Assembly: GCA_051294375.1 (NCBI GenBank)
Contig: CM119268.1
Span: 22,268,982 to 22,324,850, forward strand
Reading direction: 5' to 3'
DNA from: Paraspadella gotoi
Taxonomy: Eukaryota; Animalia; Chaetognatha
Length of the DNA: 55,869 bases
In this document: in pieces, positions 24,842 to 38,371 of the stretch
Layout: every line of letters begins with the position of its first letter
How positions within the stretch are numbered: the first letter of the stretch is position 1
Made by a program: the position numbers and the translations under genes
The notes under the pieces: model-generated
Seen by the model: only the letters and a program-made list of their open reading frames with translations
Told to the model about the DNA's origin: nothing
The model's database searches: none

Positions 24842-26722
24842 AATCCTTCAACAAAAGCGCAAAGGGGCTTTTGTTTGTTTTCCCGTTTTTCCGCAGAAAA
24901 AAACAAAAGATCTCCAAATGTCACGAAGGATCGAGCATTGGGAGGGAGATGGGAAAGAGGAAAAAATGGGAATAGGGGGATATGGGAAAGTGTAGGGGGT
25001 TTGGGAGATTGGAAAGAGATACAAAGGTAAAATGGTAAAATAGTTTAAGGGGGAAATAGGAAAGAAGCATAAGAGGGAAAGGGGAGATGGGAAAATAGTA
25101 AAAGAGTGAATGGAGATGGGAAAGGGTGAAAAGGTTGGGGAAAGAGATGGGAAAGCGGAGATGGGAAAGAACAGTAAAGTGAGGAAGGGGGGAGATGGGA
25201 AAAGGGAGAAGAAACTGGTGAAAGACGGAAGAAAGGGCCAAGAAGGTACGAGGAGGAGATGGGAACGCAAAGACAAACGAAGTTGAAGTGGGAAGAGAGA
25301 GAAGAGAAGAAGAGAACGGAAGAGAGAAAGGAAGAGAGAGATGAAGGAAGGAAGGAGATAATGAGACGGAAATTAGACTGAAGGGGAAACCAGAGTGGGG
25401 ACTGGGGATTGGGGACTGGGGACTGAAGACTGAGAACTGGGGACAAGATACTGGGGCCCGGGGACGAGAGACTGGGGACTTGGGAATGGGGACTGGGGAT
25501 TTGGGACTGGGGATTGATTGGGGACGAGAAAGACGACGAAAACATCAATGACATTAATATATTCAGTGATCCAATAATAGATCAGACGAACATTAAATCA
25601 TATAAATTCCGTCAGATGATAAAATCAAAAGTTTGAACATAAAAATTATAAGAATTTTCAATATTTTTGTCGTTTTTTCTTCGTAATCCGCGTCATGTTG
25701 ACTGTTTATTGTTGTTTATTGTTTATTGTTCACATCTCTGTCCTCTTTTTCATTGTCGAGGTCGTCGTCGTCGTCATCGTCTTTATTTTCGTCGTCGTCG
25801 TCGTTGTCGTCTTCGTCGTCTCCATTGCAACCAAATTTAATTTAATCGTCCTCATTTGATCAGACGATGACGACGACGACGACGGCGATAACGACGACGA
25901 GAATGAAGACGAGAACAACGACGACGATAGAAAGGATGACGACGGCGACGACGACGACGACAACGAAAACGACGAAGACGACGACTGTAGAAAATGTTTA
26001 TTATTATTATTATTATTTATTATATTAGTAGTAGTACTTTGTATGCCTCGAGGTTCTCTCGTTCAATTCGTCGGCCGTAGGTTGAAAATGGAGCAAAGTT
26101 TTCTAAATCTCGAATGACGTAAATGTCGAATAAATGACGAATAAATCGTAAATAAGTTTATTATTAAATAGAATAAACAAATGGCGAAATCAATGTCGTA
26201 TAATAAATTGGTGTAGAAAATACTTGGATTCCGTAAAAACTACGGCCGAAAGAAAACCATGAGAAAGCGACTCGAACGGTGAAAAGACTGAAATGGTATG
26301 AAAAGGTCAACTAAATGACCTGGGGAAAATTACCGGACGCGAGGTCACTAAATCAGTCAACGACAACGACGAAGACGATGACTACGACGATGACTACGAC
26401 GATGACTATGACGACTATGACGACGACAACGACGACGACGACGACAACACCGACTGAGGCGTCTTCCTCTTCTTCCTCTTATGGGCGATAAAAATAACAA
26501 CAAAACAAAACTCCTTAGAGAGACAGCGGCGGCGGTATAGACGAGCTGGAGCAGCGGCGGAGCAGCGGCGACGCAGCAGTCCCAGGACGATGACAGCAAC
26601 CGAGGCGATGGGGATAACAACAACAACAACAACAACAATCTTTGAGAACGCTATAACCAAAACATCAAACGACAACTACAGGGACGACCTCATCAGCTGC
26701 GCCATCAGATCGAGTGTCGTTG

Positions 26723-26778
<56 letters not shown>

Positions 26779-27169
26779 CTATCTATTTATCTATCTCTCT
26801 CACTATATATCTATCTATCTATCTATTTATTTATCTCTCTCTCTCTCTCTCATCTCTCTCTCTTTCTCTTTCCAGGAGAAGATCGTATTTCGTTGATCAA
26901 ATTTCTCTCCTCGAATCATCTGGGAATTTTGAATATGAAAACGACAACGACATCATAACAACAACAACAATGACGACGACGACGACGACGACGATAACGA
27001 CGACGACATTGCAGAAAGTCAGTAAAACTGGAAAGAGTAAACAAAAGAAGCAACGGAAACAGTTGAGAGTAAAACGAAACAGAAAAGAAAACAGAGAAAA
27101 AACAACGAAGACTTTTACTTTTGTTTTTATTTTCGTCTTAAATAAGAAAAGAGAGAAAATGATATACAA

Positions 27170-27395
27170 ATGAAACATTCTTTGAAATATTATGCCACTT
27201 CATTGATAGGGAAGCCAGGTACTCTGGGAGTGAATAAACGAGAGAGTCTTGATTCAAAGCTTGCAGGGACCTGCTATATCATTATCTTGTAAGAGCGAGT
27301 GATGGAGGCCTTAAACCACAAAAGCCTGTCCAAAGTCAGGGGAAAGGTAGCTATTTTATAAATGAATGGAAATTTTATATTGGTCGTACCAATTT
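27170..27395 (+). mobile_element. Copy of the dispersed element
   Basis: Aligns by eye to 10980-11213 over its whole length. Confidence 0.85.
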
Positions 27396-27484
27396 TTATT
27401 TTTGAACAAAAAAAGAAATTAAGAATTAAAATGCAAAAGAAAAAAGAAAACAAAATGAAATAAAGGACAAATTGGAGAGAGAGA

Positions 27485-27499
<15 letters not shown>

Positions 27500-27537
<38 letters not shown>

Positions 27538-28015
27538 AGAGATGGAAGTTCATCAAAGTCAAAATGGAAAATGAGGTTAATAATTGAATCTCGTTGTTTC
27601 TTAGAAGAACCATTAGTGAGACGAGACAGATGGACGGACGGACGACGGACAGACAGACCAGTGAAGAATTATCCATTGAAGGTTTTTGGGTTGGCAATGG
27701 AGGTTAGGATTCGGATAAGGATTAGTGAATGAGGTTGGGATTTAAGTTGATGGTTAGGTTAGGATTATGATTAAGAATTGCTCAAGATTAAGGGTTTAAT
27801 TTTCGTGTTAAATTAAATTCAGAGATTAGATAGAGAAAAAATGGGGCGCATTCGAAAATAGTCCTCCTTTACCCCTTTCCTCCCTTTCTTCTTTTTTCTT
27901 CCAAAGAAGCAAAAATCCAGGTCAGAACCTTCTTCCTTTTTTTTCTCCGGCGACGGTTTTGAGAAGGTGAAAATGTCGTCGTCGTCGTCGTTCCGTCGTC
28001 GTCGTCGTCGTCGTC
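27500..28015 (+). repeat. Noisy direct copy of 28657-29145
   Basis: Same landmarks (GATGGAAGTTCATCAAAGTCAAAATGG...CTCCTTTAC...CGACGGTTT) on either side of the 25-N gap. Confidence 0.85.
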
Positions 28016-28139
28016 GTCATCCTTTCTATCGGGTCAGTACGTTGTTCCGTCTTCATTCTTCCTCCCCCCCGCCGGTTCCCCGTTAAGAAAAAATCGCCGA
28101 GTCGTCAGTCGGTCGTCATCGTCTGATCAACCTAGAGGA

Positions 28140-28631
28140 CGAATTAAATTAAATTTGGTTGGCAATGGAGAACGAACGAAGACGACAACGAACGAGCGAC
28201 CGCCGAAAATAAAGACGATGACGACGGACGACCTCGACAATGAAAAAGAGGTGGACACGAGATGTACAATAAGACATCAATAGAAGCAACAATAAACATA
28301 GTCGACAACATGGACGCGATTACGAGAAAGAAACGACAAAATATTGAAAGTCTTATAAATATTATTAATGTGATCAAGACTTTTGATTTTATCATTCTGA
28401 CGGGAATTTTATATGAAAATTTAATGCTATTCGTCCATGATCTAATTGATTGCGAATCACTGATGTATATTAAAGTCGGGTCATTGATGTTTCTTTCGAA
28501 TCGTCTTTCTCGTGCCAATCAGAAGTTCCCAGTCCAGCACCAAAATCCTAGTCCACCATTCGCCAAGGCCCAGTCTCTATACGATCCCCGGGCCCCAGTA
28601 TCTGGTGCCGCCAGTTCTCAGTCTTCAGCGG
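28140..28631 (-). repeat. Noisy inverted copy of ~25420-25850
   Basis: Reverse complement shares GAGAAAGACGA, AACATCAATGAC, GATAAAATCAAAAGT, CGCGTC(C)ATGTTG and CAAATTTAATTTAAT, with many extra inserted bases. Confidence 0.8.
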
Positions 28632-29107
28632 NNNNNNNNNNNNNNNNNNNNNNNNNGAGAGAGAGAGAGAGAGAGAGAGATGGAAGTTCATCAAAGTCAA
28701 AATGGAAAATGAGGTTAATATTGAATCTCGTTGTTTCGTTAGAAGAACCCATTAGTGAGACGGACAGATGGACGGACGGACGGACGGACAGACAGACAGT
28801 GAAAGAAATATCATTGAGGTTTTGGGTTTGGCAATGAGGTTAGGGATTCGGGATAAGGATTAGTGAATGAGGTTAGGGATTAAGTTATGGTTAGGTTAGG
28901 GATTATGATTAAGAATTGGCTCAAGATTAAGGTTTAATTTTCGTGTTAAAATTAAATTCAGAGATTAGAAAGAGAAATGGGGCGCATTCGGAAAATAGTC
29001 CTCCTTTACTCCCTTTCCTCCCTTTCTTCTTTTTCTTCAAAGAAGCAAAAATCCAGGTCACGAACCTTCTCCTTTTTTTTCTCGGCGACGGTTTGAGAAG
29101 GTGAAAT

Positions 29108-29145
<38 letters not shown>

Positions 29146-29787
29146 TCTAATGGTCATTTCATCGCCTTTTTCGCTTTTGTCCTCAAAATATGTTGGATTT
29201 TTGTCGACAAATGTTATCCTTGCTCCTGACATAGTTCACTGTCGTTTCTAAATCATAATGATCATCATCATCGTCATCGTCGTCGTCGTCGTCGTCATCT
29301 TCATCCCGAAGTAAAAAAGGGTCGATGATCCAACTCAACTGCGCTCGAAGTCATCGACCGAGAAAATAAAGAGGGAGAATTTATGTGAGAGAGAGTGAGG
29401 ATAGGGGGAGGATAGAAAGAGGATAGAGGATAGTGGAGAGGTTAGGAGAATGGATAGAGGAGTGGGGNNNNNNNNNNNNTTAGGACAACGGGGGATGGGG
29501 ATAAATAAAGACTATTGCTAAAGAGAGAGTGGATTAATATCCTGCACATATGATTCCAATACTGATAAATGCTTACTCTGTTCAAACGCTGGTCGCCAAA
29601 ACTTTTCCTTATTTATAGTATTGTTTTCTTAACAATTACATTATATTATATTACATTACATTACATAAAAGTAAGTGCAACGGTACACAATTCCCAATTC
29701 GATTCCATTCGCTTTTTTTTTTATTTAAATAAATCGATTCAACTCATTTCGGTCGCCATTTTTATCTCGGCTGCGACCTCCACTGAA

Positions 29788-29841
<54 letters not shown>

Positions 29842-30059
29842 AAAGAAGAATGAGGGGTGGAGTAGAATTCCATTGGGTAAGTCAAATTTTGTAAAGACGG
29901 TAAGTCAGTATCAAGAGACAAATTTTGTATTAAAGGGAGGCGGGTAAGTCTAAAGTCCGAAGGGAAAGAAGATTAATGAAAAAAAGATAAGTCCTTTGCT
30001 ATTGACTTACTTTTTTATTTTATTTCTCAATGTTAATCTTAATCTGAATTTTAAACTAA

Positions 30060-30450
30060 ATCTTAAACTAAATCTTAACCTAAATCCTAAATCCTATTAT
30101 AAATATAAATCTAAATCCAAGTCTAAATGTTAATCCTAATCTAAATCTGAAACTAAATCCTAAATCCTATTATAAATATAAATCTAAATCCTAGTCTGAA
30201 TGTTAATCTTAATCTAAATCTTAACCTAAATCCTAAATCCTATTATAAATATATATCTAAATCCAAGTCTGAATATTAATCTTAATCTAAATATTAACTT
30301 AAATCCTAAATAATATTATAAATATAAATCTAAATCCGAGTCTGAATGTTAATCTTAATCTAAATCTTTACCTAAATCCTAAATCCTATTATAAATATAA
30401 ATCTAAATCCGAGTCTGAATGTTAATCATAATCTAAATCTGAAACTAAAA
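30060..30450. repeat. 73-bp minisatellite (~5 units) built from TAAATC-like hexamers
   Basis: TAAATCCTAAAT recurs at 30081, 30154, 30227, 30300 and 30373. Confidence 0.9.
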
Positions 30451-30651
30451 CTAAATTAAAATCCAAATCCAAAACTAAATTTTAACATAAATCCGAATCC
30501 CAATTTAAATCTTAATCTAAATATAAATTTAAATCTGAGTCTGATTCTTAATCTGAACCTAAATCTCAATTTTAATCTTAATCTAAATCAAATTCGGTCG
30601 ACATTTTTTTCAATATTCACGTGATTGATGAGAAGAAAGAAGCGAAAGGAA

Positions 30652-30718
<67 letters not shown>

Positions 30719-31259
30719 AGAAACTAGTACTTCCTAGCAGAGTAAAGTAAAAGGAAGAAAACAGAAAAAAAATTGGTGAAGATTATATAGAAACATATTT
30801 AGGTGAAATCAATCTGATGCAGGAAGTTGAAATGGTTTAGTTTTCTCACCCCCTCAGCAATACGATGTCACATTTTTCTCACGGGACGTGATTCATCAGA
30901 TCTCACACCAGAAGAGACTTTGACGCTCACAGGCGTCGGAGAGAAGTTACACGAATCACGCCTCTCCACGCCGTGAGGAATCACATCGCGCTGTGACACT
31001 GGTGACTGTGAGTCTCTCTTCGGCCTGCTGACTTGTTTATCGGCCTGATTGCCGGCCTGACGTTTGGTCGGATTCTTTTTCGAATTGTGAGCCTGATTGT
31101 AAACCTGAATTTCAAATTAATTGGACTTATTGTCAAAACCCATTGGCCTGGCTGATCGTTAAACTGATTGGCCTGATCGTCCGCCAACCGCCTGTCAAGG
31201 AAACCCAACGGCTTAAAACAAGAATCCCGTGAGATATTGTCGGCTAACGTCATCGTCAG

Positions 31260-31420
31260 GTGGAGAGGGAAAATGGCATCAGGCCTTGGAGGAGATGGCA
31301 TTGGGCGAAGGAGGAAATGGCATTAGGTAATAGAGGAAATGGCAGCAGGTGTTGGAGAAACTGGCATCAGGCGATGCAGTAAACGGCTCGGATGGCAAGA
31401 AAGTGGAAATGGCGTGTAAT
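31260..31420. repeat. Degenerate ~22-bp tandem repeat (GGAAATGGCATCAGGCGTTGGA-like)
   Basis: The ATGGCA core recurs at ~22-bp spacing. Confidence 0.7.
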
Positions 31421-32269
31421 GGAGGACGGTGGAAAAAAAAATAATACTTCGGGTCATGGTCAATGGTTCATGTCTCGTCTCTCTCCTCGTCTCTCTCGTC
31501 TCTCGTCGATCTCTCTCGTCTCTCGATCGTCTCTGTCTGCGTCTCGTCATTCTCTCTCTTCTGCTTCATTTTTGTTTCTTCTCTTCTCGTCTCTCACTCG
31601 TCAGCTCTCGCCGTCAGATCGATATTAATGATTTTTCCCACTGTTTTTTTTCCTTCGCCATATGTATATCAATTTTTCAAAGCGCAACAAATTCTCAGTT
31701 CCCTGCCTCCTCCTCTCCCTCCTTCTCATCCTCATCCTCCTCCTCTCTTCTCTCTCCCTCTCACTCTCCCTTTCATACTCTGAATCAAAGAGAGAGAGAA
31801 AAAAAAACCCCAAAGGTGAATTGATTTATATTCAGGATTTCTGAATTCAAAGGAGAATATTGCTCTTTTCATGAATGTTGTCGTTGTTGTTGTTGTTGTT
31901 GTTATTGTTAATAAATGTCGAAATGAAACCGGTAGTTGCTCAATGGCAGGATCTACTGCGTTGCAATAACAAACAAAAGACTCAATTTAAAAAATTAAAT
32001 TATTTGTCTGATTTCTGGGAATGAACTAACAAATTACGTAATACATGCTTACCAAATGCATACATGTTGATTATAATTAAGCTCAGATTTTTATTTCATT
32101 GAGTTCAACTCGTACTAATTAATAATTATACTTATATCGTCTTAGCCTAAAGATTAATTAATCCAAGACTCATTAGTTAGAATTCCTCGTCTTGAGTCCT
32201 GATTAGTATTGACTTTTTCTCGACGCCGACGTCGCTTTCCGGTGAAATGAGATCCCAAGTATTGTCCGC

Positions 32270-32706
32270 TTGTCATGTTGTCCTCTCGTCCTCTTGTCCT
32301 CTTGATCTCTCAACCCCTTGTCCTCTTTGTCCTCTTGCCCTCTCAATCCCTTTTCCTCTTGTCCTCTTGTCCTCTCAACCCTTGTCCTCTTTGTCTGCTT
32401 TTCTCTTTTGCCTCTCAACCCTTGTCCTCTTTGTCCTCTTTGTTCCTCTTGTCCTCTCAACCCCTTGTCCTCTTTGTCTCCTTGTCCTCGTTGTCCTCTC
32501 AATTCCTTGTCCTCTTTGTCTCTTTGTCCTCTTGTCCTCTCAATCCCTTGTCCTCTTTGTCTCCTAGTCGCTCTTGTCCTCTCAACGCCCTTGTCCTCCT
32601 TTGTTCTCTTTTTCCTCTTGTCCTCCAAACCCCTTGTCCTCTTTGGTCTCCTTGTCCTCTTGTCCTCTTGTCCTCTTTGTCTCTTTGTCCTTTTGTCTCT
32701 CCTGTC
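32270..32706. repeat. Minisatellite of TTGTCCTCT subunits with CTCTCAACCCC spacers
   Basis: Visible periodicity; accounts for the four overlapping low-complexity ORFs. Confidence 0.9.
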
Positions 32707-32850
32707 TAAAGGAATTCTGACGCTCAAATCAAACCCGAGTAAACATTTCAGGAGTCTCAGCAAATATAACGAAAAAAAACTCATTGGGATAAACAAACAA
32801 AACGAAACTTAATTAGAAAATATATTGACAAGCAACTAACGGTGATCAAG

Positions 32851-32903
32851 CAGCGATCAAGCAAAGCAGCGATCAAGCAAAGCAGCGATCAAGCAAAGCA
32901 GCG
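32851..32903. repeat. 16-bp tandem repeat CAGCGATCAAGCAAAG x3
   Basis: Perfect units at 32851, 32867 and 32883. Confidence 0.9.
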
Positions 32904-33174
32904 TCGTTGTCGTCGAAATAAGAACGGGGTCAAAGCTCCCAATTACTTGGCGCCAATTTTTGATGGCAGAAAGTCGACCATGAGCTCAATCATCGTCGAT
33001 TCACGAGGGAATCCGAAAGCAGAAACTCGTTTTGAAAGACTTTAGGGCTTTATTTTCCGAAAGAGCCTCATTTCTGGTCCTTTATCCACGAACTTGATTA
33101 ATCTCAATCTATTATCAAATTCAGAATTTAAGATGAAATGGGGCGCTTTAAGTAATAAAGGCCAGACTGGGCTT

Positions 33175-33260
33175 GTGCATCTTGCGTGCGAAATTGCGTG
33201 CGTTTCTCTCTCTATCTCACCTACGCGCGCGCAAGGAACCTTCGCCACTTCCGGTGAACG
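33175..33260 (+). promoter_or_regulatory. Promoter-like CpG patch with ETS site CCACTTCCGGTGA
   Basis: TGCGTGCG x2, CGCGCGCGCA and the same 13-mer as at 23522-23534. Confidence 0.45.
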
Positions 33261-34069
33261 AACGAAAAATGAGGAGAGAAAAAAATAAAGGAAGAAAAAT
33301 CGTTCCTTGCTTTTTGACGAAAAAAAAATAATAAATTAAGAAAGAAAAAAGTTTTAAACAAAAGTTTTTGTTTTTAAAAAATAAAATAAAAAGAGTCGGA
33401 ATCAAAACAAAAAGGAAACGAAACCTACACGAAAAAACAAAAGACTGAAAAACTTTAGTAAAAAAAAAGTTTTAAAAAACGAGAAAGAAAAATTGAAAAT
33501 GATAAAAGTTGAAAGGAAAAACAATGAAAAAGAAAAGAGAAAGAGAAAGAGAGAGAGAAACGAGAAAAAGAGAAAGAAAAGAGAAAGAGAAAGAGAAGAA
33601 TGAATGATGACAATAATGATCACAAAACGACGACGACGACGACAACGACAATGACGACGACGAAAACAACGACGAGAAGAACTTCGAAAATAACGACGAC
33701 ATCTATGAAAGAAACGACGACGACAACAATAAAAAAGACGACGACAACGACGATAACGACGAAGACAACAACCAAAAAGACGACGACGACGACTCCAACA
33801 ACAAAGAGTGTTATCCCTGTTGCAAAGAACACCCTGCAGTATAGCACCCATAGTATTCCTGATGGAACCACTGTTCTCGTAGAGCTCTGGGTTTTGAACG
33901 GCGTAATACCTTATGACGATTGCGACGATGGCAACAACGACGACGACGACGACGACGACGACGATCTGTTTTCCGCGCAGAATTCTGTTTTTATTCATCG
34001 CAAAATTCTCAAGTGACTCGAAAATCGTGAAATCGGAATAAAAATGTTATTCTTTCTTTTATGATTTCC

Positions 34070-34109
<40 letters not shown>

Positions 34110-34433
34110 CTATGAGTCATGATGATGATGATGATGATGATTATGAGTCATCATCATGATGATGACGATTTTGATACATGGTGATGATTATGATGATTAT
34201 AATGATGATGATTATGATAATTAATGATGATGATGATGATGATGATGACGAAGATAATGAAAACAAAGAAACTTACGAAACAAACAACAAACAAACAAAC
34301 ATCGTTCACCGGAATTCAGTTCTCGTTCACTTGTATTTCTCATCCCATTCATTTCTCGTTCACTTGTTTTTCTCATCTCATTCATTTCTCGTTTTTCCTC
34401 ATGGATTCTCGTTACTGGCAAACAAGAACAACA

Positions 34434-34474
<41 letters not shown>

Positions 34475-35373
34475 GCTAGAAGTAATAAAGAGTCAAGGAT
34501 GACGAGGAAAAAATTGAAGGACGAAGCGAGCGAGATTTATTCTTCTCTTTAACAAGAGGAAGAAAAAACTCATTTGCATGTTAGGGTTTTTTCCCCGTTA
34601 GCTAAAGAGAGGAAGAGAAGGAAAAGAAAGAGAGTATATACGGAGAATGCGTGTATAAAAAGATATGAAGGAAAGAAATGAATGATTGACCTAATTATAA
34701 ATGAATTTTGATCTAAGAAATGAATCTAGTACTGATTTACGTGTGAATTTATGCCCGACTTTGAGATGTCGAATATATAATGAACTTAGTTAAGCACGAT
34801 CTAGAAATGTTTTTCCGATATAATCCCTCTATGATCTAGAACGTTATATTTTGAAGTTACTCATGAGTTAGTTCATGGAATTTTATTAATGGTTCCATAA
34901 TAAATGTTAATGTCTGTTGTGTTTGTTGAATTTTAATAGTTTAGTTTATAGTTTTCAAATCTTTTTACACTGTTACTGATTTTTGTTAATATTATTTTTG
35001 GTATTAATAAAAATTAAAAAAACGATATGACTTCCTCTGAACCCTTCATTTCATGTGGTTCTGTTTTGATAAAAAGTTGGGCAATTGGTTCTCTGCATTT
35101 TTAAGTATCAAACTAAAAATATTTCCCCATCCTTTTTTTCGTGACTTGTTGTGTTAATATCGATTATAATATTAAACAAAACGACCCAAACCAAAACCCC
35201 GATTTTCCTTTTCTTTTTATTCTCTGCTTTCCTCTTCGTTTTTTTCTTGTTTTTTTATTTTCCCTCTTTGTTTTTTTCCCCGTTTCTCCCCTTTTTCGAG
35301 TCTGCGGTGGATAAATCTGAGTTCATGAGATCCGCGAACCAAAACAGTCGCGAGGTCAATCAAAGGTTCTTTC

Positions 35374-35404
<31 letters not shown>

Positions 35405-35976
35405 GAGGGAGGAGAGAGGGAGGGAGAGAGAGGAGAGAGAGAGGGAGAGAGGGAGTAGAGGGGAGAGAGGAGAGAGGGAGAGAGAGAGTTTTCTTCGAGA
35501 TTTTGTGTTTTTCTAACTCTATCACCCCTCCTCTTCCTGTTCCTCCTTTCCCTCCTCCTCCTTCCTCTCCTCCTCCTCCTCTTCCTTCTCCTCCTTCCCT
35601 CCTTCTCCTCATCCTATTCCTCATCCTCTTCCTCCTCCTCATACTCACTCCTTCTATAGCTCTCAGATTATTGACATAAAAAGTGTATATTGGTTAACAT
35701 ATAACATTTAAATCAGGCGACGTTTGGTGAACTTTTGTCAAACTAATGATATTTTATTAAAATTCAAAATCACATTTATATCAAAGATCCTTCGCTCTCA
35801 GTCAAAACTTTCCCTCCCGAGATTATTAATGACAAATCTATCACTAATCCGTGACTAATGATAAATTTATCTTACAGTAATCAGGCGTTGGGAATCTCGT
35901 GATCTTTTTTCCAATAAAATTTCTTCACTCAAAAGGAATTTGTACAACTTATCTCTTTCTTCCAGGCGTTTCAGCC

Positions 35977-36037
<61 letters not shown>

Positions 36038-36473
36038 CATTCCTGCCAGATTCTGACCGTTTGACGGACTCGACCACAAATCGTCCCCACAAATCCACAA
36101 TCCCATTTTTCCTTAACCACTCATCTCCCCACAATCCTGTATCTCTCTCTCTCTNNNNNNNNNNNNNNNNNNNNNNNNNTAGATGGAGCCCACATATCTC
36201 ACTCTATCCTCTCGCCTCTCTCTCCTTCCCACTTCCACTCCTTAAACGTCCCGTCTCTAGCCGTCCTCACACCCGCCTCGCTCTTTCCCTCTTCACCCCC
36301 CGGTGGCTCATTTTAAAGAGACCAAATGATTCGCCACCAGAAGACGGAGCAGAACACGAAATTTTGGATCTCCTGAGATTTTCAGGAGAATTTAGTGAGA
36401 GAGAGAGAGAGAGAAGGAGAAGAGAGAGACAGATGAGAGAGAGAGAAGAGAAAGAGAGAGAAAGAGAAGCATT

Positions 36474-36524
<51 letters not shown>

Positions 36525-36560
36525 AAGAGAGAATATAGTAGAGAGAGAGAGGAGAGAGGA

Positions 36561-36609
<49 letters not shown>

Positions 36610-37147
36610 AGAGAGCACAGAGAGAAGGAGAAGAGATAGTGAGAGAAGAGAGAAGAATTTGAGTAGAAAGAAGGAGAGAGAGAAGAGAGAGAGAGAGAAA
36701 CCCAGGAACACGCCAAGCCGCCGATGTCGGTGTAGTGATAGATGAGCCATGAAAAAAAGAAGGAGGCGCAAAGAATGGTGTTGAAAGATAAAAGTGAAGA
36801 GGAAGAAAGCTAACGCCAATGGAAACAAGCAATCACAGCAAGCAATCAAGCTTCCACCATAAAAGATCTCCTCACAATGGCGACCTGTGTCGACTTTTCC
36901 TTTGTTATTGTCCGTGCCTGTTCTACTTTCGCTGAATCGCCTCCTACCTTTTTCAGATTGCCTTCCTCAGTTCTCATCTGTCTCTGTCTCTTTCTTTCTT
37001 TCCCCTTCTCTCTCTCTCTTCTCTCACTCATCTCTCCTCTCTCTGTCTCCCTTCTTCTATCGTCTCTTTCTCACTCAGTCTCTTCTCCTCTCTCCCTCTC
37101 CCTCTCTTCTTCTTCTCTCTTCCCTTCTCTTCTTCTCTTTCCCTCTA

Positions 37148-37198
<51 letters not shown>

Positions 37199-37341
37199 TC
37201 TTTCTCTTCTGTCTTTCTTTCTCAGCTCTCTCTCTCTCTCTGTCTCCGCCTCTCTCGTCTCTCTCTCTCTCTCTCTTTTATCTTTCTCTCCTCTCTTTTT
37301 CTCTATCTCTTGAGTTCTCTTTTCTGTCTTTCTCTCTCTCT

Positions 37342-37377
<36 letters not shown>

Positions 37378-37403
37378 TTATCTTTCTCTCTCTCTTTTCT
37401 CTA

Positions 37404-37455
<52 letters not shown>

Positions 37456-37876
37456 CTCTGATCAAGCTGATCAAGCGACTATTTTATTTTCTTATTATTT
37501 ATAACTTACTTTAGTTACCTCCTTATTTTTCCTAATATCTGAATCTCATTTTTAAGCAATTCATAGATTTATGACTGACTTAATAGTATTAGTATATCTT
37601 CCTCACTGACTGACTGACTTAATTAAACTCTTAACTATTTTGATAAAAGACAAATGATTGAAATGCTCGTCGGCTGACGTCTGCGGATTTAATCAACAAA
37701 AGACCAACGAAAAAAGATAAAAACAATAAATGAAGAAGACGGAGATAATAAGAAAAAGGGACAAGGAAAATTAAAGGAAGAAAGTAGAAAGAAATAAAAA
37801 AGAAAAACAGGGAGAATATGAAGACGAAAAGAAAGGAAAAAAATTGGAATTAAGAAAGAAGAAGGAAGAAAAGAAG

Positions 37877-37978
37877 AAATGGAGGATAGAAGAGACAAAT
37901 GGAGAATAGGAGAGAGAAATGGAGGATAGAAGAGAGAAATGGAGGATAGATGAGAGAAATGGAAGATAGAAGAGAGAA
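37877..37978. repeat. 20-bp tandem repeat AAATGGAGGATAGAAGAGAG x5
   Basis: Direct inspection. Confidence 0.9.
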
Positions 37979-38146
37979 AGATTAAAGTTATAAAATAAAG
38001 ATAACAGAAATAAAAGGAAAATGTGAAAATCAGAAAAACAAGATTGTAAAAGAAAGAAGAGGATTTTTTATTTCAAGGAAAAGAGAAAAATAAAATGAGA
38101 AAAACGAGGAAAAGCACAGATTTAGACAGAATTCCTGCGGAGAAAA

Positions 38147-38179
<33 letters not shown>

Positions 38180-38371
38180 ACTTTCCAAAGGTTGAGAGTC
38201 GTTGGAGAGGTTTAATGCTCATTGCTCAATGGAGGCATTTTAAATATCTAAGGAGAATGAATAAGTTAAAAGATTCAATAAATATTATAAGTGTAAAAAT
38301 AAAGGATGAGCCGAGATTAAGAAACATAAAATGAATAGAGTTCTCTGAATTTCACTTCTGTGAAGTTCACT

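Noticed and set aside
26660-26710. CTGATGAG on the minus strand as a hammerhead core
   Set aside because: No stem II or GAAA partner follows.
28144-28837. ORFs of 124 and 191 aa
   Set aside because: They lie in a noisy inverted copy of non-coding sequence and one crosses an N gap.
30860-30910. Minus-strand CTGATGA-A-TCACG-tcc-CGTGA-GAAA as a hammerhead ribozyme
   Set aside because: Lacks the closing pair of stem II, has extra A's after GAAA, and stems I and III do not form convincingly.
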